DNA of 64,000 nucleotides from Promethearchaeota archaeon (GCA_048938105.1 JBHLMN010000026.1:1-64000), one strand, 5' to 3'. Counted from the first letter of the stretch, positions 1 through 9,036 are shown. Notes: generated by a model from the letters alone, not told the origin. Program-made: numbers and translations.

Positions 1-2
1 AC

Positions 3-356
3 AGGCTGAGAGACTTTGCAGCAGCTAATAACTATCCTGTAATTAAAGAAATCAAAGAAATAGGGTCAGCATTGAATAGTAGGAGAAAAAAACTACTGGA
101 AGTATTACAAAATCCGCAAATGGCACTCATCATTTCAGAACATACAGATAGGTTGACACGCTTCGGTTATGATTATCTTGAAACCGAGTTACGGGCTACT
201 GGGTGAAAAATTCTCATATTGATTGAAGAGGAATGTACAGATGACCTGGTACAAGACATGTGGGATGTTTTGACTTCTTTTTGTGGCCAGTTGTATGGCC
301 GACGATCTGCACGCCTCCGTGCGAGTCGAGCAATGAAGGCGGTAGAGAAATGCTAA
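3..356 (+). pseudogene. tnpA: IS607 serine recombinase TnpA, 5'-truncated by the window edge, with an in-frame TGA at 204-206
   Basis: Frame 3 reads RLRDFAAANNYPVIKEIKEIGSALNSRRKKL...SEHTDRLTRFGYDYLE...ATG*KILI...DDLVQDMWDVLTSFCGQLYGRRS. These are the IS607 resolvase motifs E-x-GS, DRLTRFG and DLVxD...F..xLYGxRS. Not in the ORF track. Confidence 0.88.
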
Positions 357-1600
357 TAAGACGAGGGTACAAATACGCGCTACGAGTTAACAATAAAGAA
401 CGCACTTTACTCAATCAATGTGCTGGTACTTCTCGTTTTAGCTGGAATTGGGGTTTAGCTCAACGGTTGGAACAATATAAACACAACACTGGTAGTGACC
501 GGTTTACTGATGCCATGAAACAACATAAAGAGATCAACCGTTTGAAAAAGACGACTTTTAACTGGATGTACAACTATAGTAAATGCATTCCCCAAGAGGC
601 ATTACGTGATCTGGACCAGGCGTTTAAAAATTTTGTCAATGGGCGGAAAAAAGGAAGAAAAGTTGGTTTTCCTCAATTCAAGAAAAAAAACAAAAGTAAA
701 GACAGCTTTCGGTTGACTGGGGTAATTCGGTTCTATCCAAAGCTGAAACTAATCCGTTTACCTCGATTAGGCAAATTGCGACTAGAGGAAAGGCCAGCCA
801 TTCCTGTTAATGGGCGGATTTTGAATGTGACTGTTTCTCGTACCGCTGATAGGTGGTATGTCTCAGCTACGGTAGAAGAGACTCGGCCTGATCCGCACCC
901 AATTCAAGGAGAAATCTTAGGCCTAGATGCGGGTCTATCGCGGTTTGGGGTCCTCTCCAATGGGATGCCACTTCCTACCCCCAAATTCCTTTTGCGTCGG
1001 TTAAAAAAGCTTCGGCGGCTATCAAAAGCTCATTCACGAAAAAAATATGGCTCGAAGAACCGTCAAAAATCAGCCCTTAAATTAGCTCGGTTTTACAAAC
1101 GGATTACCGATTCTCGACACGATTTTTTACATAAAATTTCATTAACACTAGCTAAAAACCACAGCGTGTTAATAGTAGAGGATTTGCATGTAAAAGGTCT
1201 ATCGATGAATAAAAAGCAATCCAAATATTGGCAGGATTTGGCTCATGGCGAGTTTCAGCGCCTACTTCAGTATAAAACCTCCTGGTATGGTTCACAACTT
1301 GTCATTGTTAATCGTTTCTTTCCCTCGTCTAAGCTTTGTTCCAATTGTTTATGCTATCACACTGGTTTGAAGCTTAAAGATAGAACATACGTGTGCCCAT
1401 TATGTGGCCTTAGAATTGATCGTGATTTGAATGCTGCTCGTAATTTGGTCAATTACTATCATTGGTATGGTCCCATTATTCAGACGTTATTCAATCCCTC
1501 TGATCATTTAGTCGCCGTGAGTTCCTCGGAGACTTTAAACGCTTGTGGAGAATCGGTAAGACCTAGTGCTTCTGGGCCCGACTTTATGAATCAGGAATGA
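350..1600 (+). CDS. tnpB: RNA-guided endonuclease TnpB (IS607-associated); probable start ATG 350
   Basis: N-terminal GYKYAL...R-x-x-WN; RuvC-I GLDAG, RuvC-II IVEDL, Zn finger CSNC/CPLC, RuvC-III DRDLNAARN. The D-E-D triad is intact. Confidence 0.95.
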   Translation: MLIRRGYKYALRVNNKERTLLNQCAGTSRFSWNWGLAQRLEQYKHNTGSDRFTDAMKQHKEINRLKKTTFNWMYNYSKCIPQEALRDLDQAFKNFVNGRKKGRKVGFPQFKKKNKSKDSFRLTGVIRFYPKLKLIRLPRLGKLRLEERPAIPVNGRILNVTVSRTADRWYVSATVEETRPDPHPIQGEILGLDAGLSRFGVLSNGMPLPTPKFLLRRLKKLRRLSKAHSRKKYGSKNRQKSALKLARFYKRITDSRHDFLHKISLTLAKNHSVLIVEDLHVKGLSMNKKQSKYWQDLAHGEFQRLLQYKTSWYGSQLVIVNRFFPSSKLCSNCLCYHTGLKLKDRTYVCPLCGLRIDRDLNAARNLVNYYHWYGPIIQTLFNPSDHLVAVSSSETLNACGESVRPSASGPDFMNQE

Positions 1601-1645
1601 TCTGTTTTTATTGTAAGCAATAAAAGCATAGGTATCAAGGAACGG
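1482..1645 (+). ncRNA. TnpB omegaRNA/right-end scaffold, copy 1 (guide from 1646: TTTTATAATTATTAAATGG...)
   Basis: Overlaps the tnpB 3' end. Hairpins CCTAG/CTGGG (1562-1576) and TGTTTTTATTG-TAAG-CAATAAAAGCA (1603-1628). GTTCCT (1521-26) is complementary to terminal AGGAAC (1638-43), a pseudoknot-like pairing. The 5' end of the RNA is uncertain. Confidence 0.8.
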
Positions 1646-1700
1646 TTTTATAATTATTAAATGGAGATGAGCTTAAAGAATATGGAGAGGTACAAACCAA

Positions 1701-2171
1701 TTAATCTTCGTATAAGAACCATCCAATTAACTTGAAATAATTGTTAAGATCATTCAATATTGCCTGATTGTTTGAAAAGAATACCAAGTGGCCTCCACAT
1801 TTTGCCTTGCAGTCAGATGAACCGAATTTTTGAATGATTTCTGTATTGTGGAAATTTTGCAGAAATCCTTGAAGAGCCGAACATTCTGTTGTTCCAGTTA
1901 TCGTTGTATAATATGCATTGATCATTTTGGTGTCTGGATGGGATGTTATATAATCAATGTGCCAAAAAGTTTTCTTTTGCCTTTTAAAATGACGTGTTAA
2001 CCGTTTTTCTAAAGATGTTGAAGTTTTTCCTCTAGCTGATCCGAAATAAAGATAAAAACCTGTCCTCAACAGCCAGTTAAATCTATTAATGTCTATTAAA
2101 AATGAACAAATTATCTCAAAAACTAAAACATAAACCCCTTGGGAGTTTTTCCGCTGAATTCCGCCTCTCAA
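1701..2171 (-). CDS. GIY-YIG nuclease family protein (DUF123/Uri-like)
   Basis: GVYVL...GFYLYFGSA...R-x-x-RH...FWHIDY...E...FGSSDC-x-x-x-C-x-x-HL. Confidence 0.88.
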   Translation of the reverse strand: MRGGIQRKNSQGVYVLVFEIICSFLIDINRFNWLLRTGFYLYFGSARGKTSTSLEKRLTRHFKRQKKTFWHIDYITSHPDTKMINAYYTTITGTTECSALQGFLQNFHNTEIIQKFGSSDCKAKCGGHLVFFSNNQAILNDLNNYFKLIGWFLYED

Positions 2172-2203
2172 TTTCAGACATCTTTTTTACGGGAATGAAG
2201 AGG

Positions 2204-2220
2204 TTATATAAAGCTTTTCT
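2204..2220 (-). promoter_or_regulatory. Putative BRE + TATA box (AGAAAAGC-TTTATATAA on minus strand) upstream of the GIY-YIG gene; core TTATATAA is palindromic
   Basis: Purine-rich BRE followed by a TATA box 33-40 nt upstream of the start at 2171. Confidence 0.5.
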
Positions 2221-2284
2221 GATTCAGAATTGAAATCGTGACAATTAAGGGTTGGTGAGCTGTATAATAATTCATGTGCTTATA

Positions 2285-2448
2285 AGACGTTATTCAATCC
2301 ATCTGATAATTTAGTCGCCGTGAGTTCCTCGGAGACTTTAAACGCTTGTGGAGAATCGGTAAGACCTAGTGTTTCTAGGCCCGACTTTATGAATCAGGAA
2401 TGATCTGCTTTTATTGTAAGCAATAAAAGCATAGGTATCAAGGAACGG
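2285..2448 (+). ncRNA. Stand-alone second copy of the TnpB omegaRNA/IS607 right end (MITE-like; left boundary uncertain, GG at 2202-03 or 2254-55)
   Basis: 159/164 nt identical to 1482-1645. Ends at GGAACGG with a different downstream guide (TTATATATGATAGATAGG). No tnpB upstream of this copy. Confidence 0.82.
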
Positions 2449-2454
2449 TTATAT

Positions 2455-3309
2455 ATGATAGATAGGATTCAGAAAATCCAAGGTTGGAAAATTCATCATC
2501 AAGAGCAGTTACTGTATCGGGCTAAGGTTGGTTCACCCTCAATTCGTTTGAAGTTCTTTCACCATCCGAATTATCGCCAATTCGTGCGTGTTGATAAGTT
2601 TCCTTCACATTGTAAAGTTAAAAGAAAAGGAATTAACACATTTTTTCTTTTTCAACAGAAAGTTCATACTAGAGGGACAATTTCTTTAGACAGAGTTATC
2701 ACTGTATTTCCTGAACCTTCCCTTCTTAACCTAGAAAATGATTGGGGAAAAATATCAGAAATTCCTACAAGGTTGAAATCAAAATATCACGAGAGTTCGA
2801 AATTTTGGCCAATAAAATCACCTGCTATACTCAACACGTCTGAAGATGAGTTATTTTCAACAGATGATCTTTCCTCATGGGTGAAAGCGACTTTTCAATA
2901 TGTAAGAACAAAAATTAAACATCGTGAAAGACAGGATGAAAGATTAGGAGCTTATCAGGCCTTATTGACCGAGATTGGTGATTGTGATGAATTCACAGAT
3001 CTTTTCATAACACTTGCTCGGGTACGTGGTATTCCTTGTAGACGTTTGACTGGTTATTTTATTCAGAAACAAGGCAAAAAAGTTGAAGCACACGCATGGG
3101 GGGAGATATTCTCTCCCAAAATGCGCTGGATAACAGTTGATGCCGCATTAAACAACTTAGGAAACCATACTATCAATTATGTTATTCAAAAGATTGAACA
3201 ATTCAATCCTGCTTTATCTGATTACCAGATTAAAACGAAACATTCTACTGTTGTCCAATATGAATGGGACCGACCGAAACCAAGCGTCTCCCCTGTTTAT
3301 ACACCTTGA
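2455..3309 (+). CDS. Transglutaminase-like cysteine protease domain protein
   Basis: GDCDEFTDLFITLARVRGIPCR...HAWGE...WITVD gives a Cys-His-Asp triad. Confidence 0.88.
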   Translation: MIDRIQKIQGWKIHHQEQLLYRAKVGSPSIRLKFFHHPNYRQFVRVDKFPSHCKVKRKGINTFFLFQQKVHTRGTISLDRVITVFPEPSLLNLENDWGKISEIPTRLKSKYHESSKFWPIKSPAILNTSEDELFSTDDLSSWVKATFQYVRTKIKHRERQDERLGAYQALLTEIGDCDEFTDLFITLARVRGIPCRRLTGYFIQKQGKKVEAHAWGEIFSPKMRWITVDAALNNLGNHTINYVIQKIEQFNPALSDYQIKTKHSTVVQYEWDRPKPSVSPVYTP

Positions 3310-3341
3310 AATATCGTCAAAACTCATAAGTTTAAAAATCA

Positions 3342-4712
3342 CTATAGTGAATTTGAACATTTCAAAAATTTTCCTTTGTTTTGGGGCGCAACAAAAGCTC
3401 CATCCTCACAAAGGACGTTTCCTCGAAGTATGGTCATAATAGGCCATCCCCCAACCTTCAAGCTTGTATAAGGGTTCCAATCGATGGAATAATGAAGAGT
3501 TTCTGATGTAATTATTTTTTCAATTTTTGGGTCAAATATGACAATATCAGCATCTGTTCCGACCATAAGACTCCCCTTTTGAGGAAAAAGACCAAATATC
3601 TGAGCTGGTTTAGTTGACATCAAAGATACCAGCTGAGGGTAACTTAATTTCTGTTTATTAATCAAAAAGTCGTGCATAAGAGGCAAAGAGGTTTCAATTC
3701 CTGGGATTCCATTTAAGACTTGATGAAAAGGTAAGCTGCCATTTCCTTTACTCTCGCGTGAAAATTCGCAATGATCAGTAACAATCTGATCAATTGTCCT
3801 ATCTTCTATTCGTTTCATTAATGCTTGTTGATCTTTGGCATGACGAAGAGGTGGTGACATCAAATTCAGATATCCTTCTGAACCCTTGTATTCTCTTTCA
3901 TTATACAGTAAGTAGTGAGGACAAGTCTCCCCTGTGACCTTCATCCCCTGTTGTTTGGCTTGGTATAATAAGTCACTTCCTCCTTTTGTAGTAAGATGAG
4001 CTAGATGAAGCTTAACCCCTGTTTTCTTGGCAAAAAATAATACTCTTTGAATAGCCTCTTCCTCTACAATATGAGGGCGTGAATGGGCATGAAAAATAGG
4101 ATCAGTTTTTCCTGCCTGAATAAGGTCATTTCTATAATTAATAATCAAGATATCATTTTCACAGTGACCCATAACCCTCCCTCGACATTTTCTAACTTCA
4201 CGAAACAACACTAATAATTCTGCATCATTAAGGTTAAGATTTCGCCAGCTATAGGTTGTGAAAAATTTAAAACTTGCTATTCCCTCAGAAACAAGAGTTG
4301 GGATCTCATCTAAAAATTGAGTGTCAGTTTTTGAGACATGGAGACTATAGTCAATAGCTACCTGTGAATCTGCATCCTTTTTACGCTCGTAAAAGCTTTT
4401 TAAAGGAGATTCCCCTCTTGTCTGATCAGCAAAATCAATTATAGTTGTCACTCCACCACAGGCAGCAGCTTTTGTACCAGAGGCAAAGGTATCAGTTGAG
4501 ATAGTCTTCCCTAAATCTTGTAACTGAAAATGAACATGAGAATCAACTATACCAGGCAAAACCAATTTTTTATTAGCATCAATGATTTTCTCTGCTTGAA
4601 AGTTCTTATCACCTAGGAAAATAGCTTTAATTTTACCTTCCGCAATAGCTAGGTTTGCCTGATAGCATCTATTGCTGTCTACAAGGGTTCCATTCTTAAT
4701 AATAAGATCCAC
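3342..4712 (-). CDS. hydA: Dihydropyrimidinase / D-hydantoinase (start probably GTG 4712)
   Basis: DLIIKNG, PGIVDSHVH, GGVTTIIDF, SFKFF (carbamylated Lys), HCEN, ETCPHYL, TDHC, NGIPGIE. Confidence 0.88.
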   Translation of the reverse strand: MDLIIKNGTLVDSNRCYQANLAIAEGKIKAIFLGDKNFQAEKIIDANKKLVLPGIVDSHVHFQLQDLGKTISTDTFASGTKAAACGGVTTIIDFADQTRGESPLKSFYERKKDADSQVAIDYSLHVSKTDTQFLDEIPTLVSEGIASFKFFTTYSWRNLNLNDAELLVLFREVRKCRGRVMGHCENDILIINYRNDLIQAGKTDPIFHAHSRPHIVEEEAIQRVLFFAKKTGVKLHLAHLTTKGGSDLLYQAKQQGMKVTGETCPHYLLYNEREYKGSEGYLNLMSPPLRHAKDQQALMKRIEDRTIDQIVTDHCEFSRESKGNGSLPFHQVLNGIPGIETSLPLMHDFLINKQKLSYPQLVSLMSTKPAQIFGLFPQKGSLMVGTDADIVIFDPKIEKIITSETLHYSIDWNPYTSLKVGGWPIMTILRGNVLCEDGAFVAPQNKGKFLKCSNSL

Positions 4713-4877
4713 GTCTGAACCATCCAATATAAAATGAATTAACATCTTAATCTGAAGATTTATTTTCATTTACTAAGTTTGGAGCTCTACGTTTTTCAAC
4801 GTTTTTTCTTTTCTTATCATCAAAGAATACAAATACATCGCTTCAGAAGTCGAGCTTTGTTTGAGGTTAGTGAACAA

Positions 4878-6344
4878 ATGAAGTATAAATTGCTTAGAAC
4901 TAAATTTCTCTTACCTCTTTCCAATAAATTGGGACTTAAAACTCGAATATCAGATGGGTTCATTCTTACTGAAGGACAATATATCAAAGAAGTTGGACAC
5001 TTTGATGATCAAAAAGGTAGAGAAATTATTGATTCATATGGATCAGATATCGAGATTATTGGATCAATAACAGGAGAAAATAAGATTTCTCAAATAAATG
5101 GAGTGGCGCTCCCAGGATTTGTTAAGGCCCATGGTCATGACCACGAATCACCTATTATAGGTATTGCGAAAGATGTGCCTCTTACCACATGGTTAGATGC
5201 GGCTGTTAACTTGTATACGGGATTTTTGCACACTGAAGAAGAGAGTTTGACTAAACATTTTGGGAGATCACCTTATCTGATTACTTACCTTAAAGCGCGA
5301 ATTGATGACCTGCAACATGGAATAACGACTGCTCTGGTCCACCATTGCAATTTCAATAAATATCATGTAGACGAACTAGTCGAAGCAAACCGAATGGCTG
5401 GAACAAAAATCATGATCGCTGTAGGGTCACAAGATCGACATTATGACCCAAGAATATTAGATAAACCAGTCACAATTGCTATAAAGAGACTTGACGACTT
5501 GTACGAAAAGTATAAGGATGAACCTAATCTTAAGATCATTCCAGGGCCAGATCAATTCTTTTCAAATGGACCAGAGCTACTTAAAGCGTTAAAAAAATGG
5601 GCCCAAGACCACAATACTCTAATTCACATTCATTCTAGTGAGGAACCAGCGACAACTAAGTGGTTCATAGAATCCTACGGAATGACTCCAATAGAATATG
5701 GACATTCCATTGATTTTCTAGATGAAAATACATTTGTTGGACATCAAGTACATAATTCCCAAAATGATTTAGAGATTTTAGCCCAAACTCAAACTAAAGT
5801 CGTACACAATCCTCTGGCAAACACTATTCTCGGTTCAGGTATACCTCCCCTCCAAGAATTTAAGAAAAGAGGAATTAAGTTTGCAATATCGACAGATGGA
5901 TCTGGGAGCGCTGATAACCAGAATATAATCAATGCAGCTCGAGTAGCAGCTCAATATCAGAAGGCTTACCATCAAGATGCTACTTTGATGACTGCTCAAG
6001 ATGTTCTTGAACGAATAATTATAATACCAGCTCAAATCTTGGGATTTAATACAGGCTCATTAGAACCAGGAAAATTGGCAGATATTGTTATTGTTGATCT
6101 TTCAGTTCCTAATTTGACCCCAACACGCTTAGATAATGTGGTAGAAAATTTGATTTGGGCTGCAAATGGGAACGAAATTAGATATGTGATTTCTAACGGT
6201 AAACTTCTCATCAACAATTATCAATTTATGTTTTTGAACGTCCAAGATATTATTCAGCAAGTACAAGAATTATCAGAGAAGTTTTATGAGTTTAAAAAGC
6301 GTACGGAACCTGAAAAAGTAACAGGGATTCGTGAGAGAGCTTAA
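4878..6344 (+). CDS. Amidohydrolase, MTA/SAH- or guanine-deaminase-like family (start probably ATG 4878)
   Basis: PGFVKAHGH, HIHSSE, VHNPLAN-x-x-LGSG, STDG, GSLEPGKLAD. Confidence 0.85.
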   Translation: MKYKLLRTKFLLPLSNKLGLKTRISDGFILTEGQYIKEVGHFDDQKGREIIDSYGSDIEIIGSITGENKISQINGVALPGFVKAHGHDHESPIIGIAKDVPLTTWLDAAVNLYTGFLHTEEESLTKHFGRSPYLITYLKARIDDLQHGITTALVHHCNFNKYHVDELVEANRMAGTKIMIAVGSQDRHYDPRILDKPVTIAIKRLDDLYEKYKDEPNLKIIPGPDQFFSNGPELLKALKKWAQDHNTLIHIHSSEEPATTKWFIESYGMTPIEYGHSIDFLDENTFVGHQVHNSQNDLEILAQTQTKVVHNPLANTILGSGIPPLQEFKKRGIKFAISTDGSGSADNQNIINAARVAAQYQKAYHQDATLMTAQDVLERIIIIPAQILGFNTGSLEPGKLADIVIVDLSVPNLTPTRLDNVVENLIWAANGNEIRYVISNGKLLINNYQFMFLNVQDIIQQVQELSEKFYEFKKRTEPEKVTGIRERA

Positions 6345-6489
6345 ACTAATATATATCCTTACATGGCGCTTAATTCTTTCCTTTGCATCAATGGCTGATA
6401 ATTTACCTTGGATAAAAAAATATTCAAGTAGTATGTAATTTTTTATTGGCTAAGATTTTTACTAACTGATTCTCATCAAGGTAGTTTTA

Positions 6490-8157
6490 ATGGAAGTCAT
6501 TAATTCTTTAAGGAGTAATAAAAAACGAACTGGTCTAATAATCAGTATTTTAGTACTCATAATAGGTATTATACCTTCATTCATTTTTACTTTTTGGGCT
6601 GACTTTTATCATCCCTACACGATACAACAAAAGACGTTAACAGCGGGAGATGGAGTGAAAATTGTCGCTAACATTTATTCTCCACAAGGAAATTCAGATG
6701 ATCATCCAGGAATAGTTGTGGCTCACGGATATTGTTGTAATAAGCAACATATGCAACCATTGAGTATAGAACTTGTTAAACGAGGATTTACTGTTGTTAC
6801 CATTGATTTTCGTGGTCATGGCTCTTCTGGAGGATATTTAGGTGATCACAATGGACTACAATTAGATTTAATGGCTGCAATTGAATATCTGGAATCGTTA
6901 GAAAATATTAACAAATTTGCTCTAGTTGGTCATTCAATGGGTGGAGAAGCATCTTTTAGATATGTTGAAAACAATCCAGATAAAATTGATGCAATGGTAG
7001 CCATTGGAAGTCTTGTTTCTTCTTCATATAATTTAAGTCGAATTCCCAATCTTTTAATGGCTGTTGGCCAATTTGAGCAGGAAGCAACACCCGCAAGAGC
7101 ATTAGAAGCATTGAGAACATATACGGGCCAAACAAGTGTGGAAATCGGAAAGGTTTATGGGAGTTTCATTCATAGGAACGCTAGTAAAGTTATTGTCAGT
7201 CCTACTTCAGAGCATTTGAATGAGGTTCTGGACTATACCATCATCTATGGGACAGTTCAGTGGTTGGAACTCGCATTCAATGGAGAAGAGGCAGATGATG
7301 TTATTCTCAGTTCTCATTATCTTCAATTCTTCACTAGAGTATCGCAAATAGGTGTTGTAGCTCTTTTCTTTGTATTGATAGTTTATATTAGTAATTACAT
7401 CTTCAAGAGAGAAGAGGATTATCCAAAAGAAGAAAAACAGAATGAATTTTCTGTATTAAAATTAAGTATTTACTACATACTTATTTCTTCAATTGGTTTG
7501 ATATTCTCCCAAGTATCAGGAGACTTATTTAGCACCGTACTCCCTATTTCAGCAGGTGATCAGCTTTTTGCGATTATGGTTGGGAACACAATTGGAATAC
7601 TATTTATCTACTCCTTATTGGTATTTCGGGGGAAAGAATTCTCTCTAAAAGATCTTCAGTTAAAAATTAAGAACCAATATTTACCACATTCAGAAAGGGC
7701 TATTATTTACGGTTTCATAGCTGCACTCTTGGCTTGTTCATTATTAACAGGGATAACACATTGGAATTCCATCACAACTGTTCCAACAGCAAGAGAATTT
7801 GGAACAATTTTAATGATGATCATTCTTTTCTTTCCATTTCTATTTATCAAGGAGTCATACTTCAGATTTGTACAAAGTCAACTCCCCCCTAAAAGTAGAA
7901 TTGATGAATATTTTTCTATGAGCGGAATAGGTATTTTAATGGACGTAACTATCATGATCCCAATAATACTTCTTACTTGGGGGGAGTTTCTATCATTAGC
8001 ATTAACAGTCATGATTTATATTTTGATAATTCAACAGGTCTTAACTACATGGGTTTATATACATAGTAATTACCAAAGAAGAAATATACTAGGGTCAACG
8101 ATGTTTTTAGGTACTTTATATGCTTGGATGATGGTCAATTTTTTCCCATTTTTATGA
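6490..8157 (+). CDS. Membrane-bound alpha/beta hydrolase with C-terminal multi-TM domain
   Basis: HG oxyanion motif, DFRGHGSS, GHSMGG nucleophile elbow; several hydrophobic helices at the C-terminus. Confidence 0.85.
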   Translation: MEVINSLRSNKKRTGLIISILVLIIGIIPSFIFTFWADFYHPYTIQQKTLTAGDGVKIVANIYSPQGNSDDHPGIVVAHGYCCNKQHMQPLSIELVKRGFTVVTIDFRGHGSSGGYLGDHNGLQLDLMAAIEYLESLENINKFALVGHSMGGEASFRYVENNPDKIDAMVAIGSLVSSSYNLSRIPNLLMAVGQFEQEATPARALEALRTYTGQTSVEIGKVYGSFIHRNASKVIVSPTSEHLNEVLDYTIIYGTVQWLELAFNGEEADDVILSSHYLQFFTRVSQIGVVALFFVLIVYISNYIFKREEDYPKEEKQNEFSVLKLSIYYILISSIGLIFSQVSGDLFSTVLPISAGDQLFAIMVGNTIGILFIYSLLVFRGKEFSLKDLQLKIKNQYLPHSERAIIYGFIAALLACSLLTGITHWNSITTVPTAREFGTILMMIILFFPFLFIKESYFRFVQSQLPPKSRIDEYFSMSGIGILMDVTIMIPIILLTWGEFLSLALTVMIYILIIQQVLTTWVYIHSNYQRRNILGSTMFLGTLYAWMMVNFFPFL

Positions 8158-8192
8158 TATAATAGGCTATAAAAATGAGAGGATGTTGAAGA

Positions 8193-8363
8193 ATGGATGA
8201 AATCAGGACTTATTTGGGGTATAGCTTAATGGGTATTGCAATTCTCATTTATCTACTTGGAATTGGCATATTTTTCTCGTTTGGAGCAATAATCTTGTTT
8301 TTCTTGGGGTACCATCTTCGTAATGTCTCTCCAACTGTTCAGGATAATCCAAACAGTGTCTAA
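8193..8363 (+). CDS. Small 2-TM membrane protein, 56 aa (not in ORF track)
   Basis: MDEIRTYLGYSLMGIAILIYLLGIGIFFSFGAIILFFLGYHLRNVSPTVQDNPNSV*. GAGG upstream; co-directional with the hydrolase gene. Confidence 0.55.
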   Translation: MDEIRTYLGYSLMGIAILIYLLGIGIFFSFGAIILFFLGYHLRNVSPTVQDNPNSV

Positions 8364-8568
8364 CAAAATAATCGTAATCCATACCATTTCTCAATAATTT
8401 CTGCAGCAGGTTTACTATAAGTACTATGCGCATCGGTGACTAAGATGACTTCATAACCTAACTCCTTACCCCCCTAGAATAGCCTATAATCTCATTAATG
8501 TTGCAACGATCAAAAGAAAGCAACAGGAATTCGTGAGAGTACTTAACTCTTCAATCTTTTTATGGTTT

Positions 8569-9036
8569 TCAAGATTTATCGATTTTAAACGCTCTAAACA
8601 CCTCTTCAGAATCTTTTGAAGATTCAGGAGATGTCAATCGGGTGATAAATCCAAAAATACCTCCTATTAATGTCCCAATTATTCCTGCAATCATACTGAA
8701 AAAAATAATTGTTAGAAAAAGTGCATTAAGATTCTCTTTGCCTTCTGAGACATAATAAATCCAATAAGCGAGAACACTGATTGATAAAGCTGATAACAGA
8801 GCACCACCGATTCCCACAACCAAGCAAAGTGTGAGATGTCCTTGCTCTGCTTTTCGTGAATGTAATGCAAAAAGAATGCCCACAACTCCTCCAAAGATGA
8901 AGTCTAAGTCACCTATTGCGACAAGAGATATGGGGTTTAAAAGAAAAGAGAAAAAAGCAATAATATCAAAAATCATGATACCAGCTAGGATATTATTTTT
9001 CTTCATAAACTCATATAAGGCAGCAATATCCTTCAA
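8569..9036 (-). CDS. Hypothetical 4-TM membrane protein
   Basis: Four Gly-rich hydrophobic segments; follows the ABC operon. Confidence 0.7.
   Translation of the reverse strand: MKDIAALYEFMKKNNILAGIMIFDIIAFFSFLLNPISLVAIGDLDFIFGGVVGILFALHSRKAEQGHLTLCLVVGIGGALLSALSISVLAYWIYYVSEGKENLNALFLTIIFFSMIAGIIGTLIGGIFGFITRLTSPESSKDSEEVFRAFKIDKS

Larger units (their letters stand above)
1..1645 (+). mobile_element. IS607-family insertion sequence (left part outside window): tnpA + tnpB + right end ending ...GGAACGG
   Basis: A serine-recombinase ORF overlaps the tnpB start (AAATGCTAA). The right boundary is set by where identity with the second copy (2285-2448) ends, at a GG dinucleotide (1644-1645), the typical IS607 crossover core. 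Confidence 0.88.

Noticed and set aside
204-206. In-frame TGA in tnpA as selenocysteine
   Set aside because: The position is not a catalytic Cys site and IS607 recombinases are not selenoproteins; a nonsense mutation is simpler.
260-349. N-terminal 30 aa of the listed TnpB ORF
   Set aside because: It overlaps tnpA coding sequence in another frame; ATG 350 overlapping the tnpA stop is the usual arrangement.
1482-2448. The two 164-bp repeats as a CRISPR array
   Set aside because: Only two long units 803 bp apart with a gene between them; no short repeat-spacer periodicity was seen anywhere in the window.
8245-8433. Listed minus-strand 62-aa ORF
   Set aside because: Shadow of the more plausible plus-strand membrane microprotein at 8193-8363.
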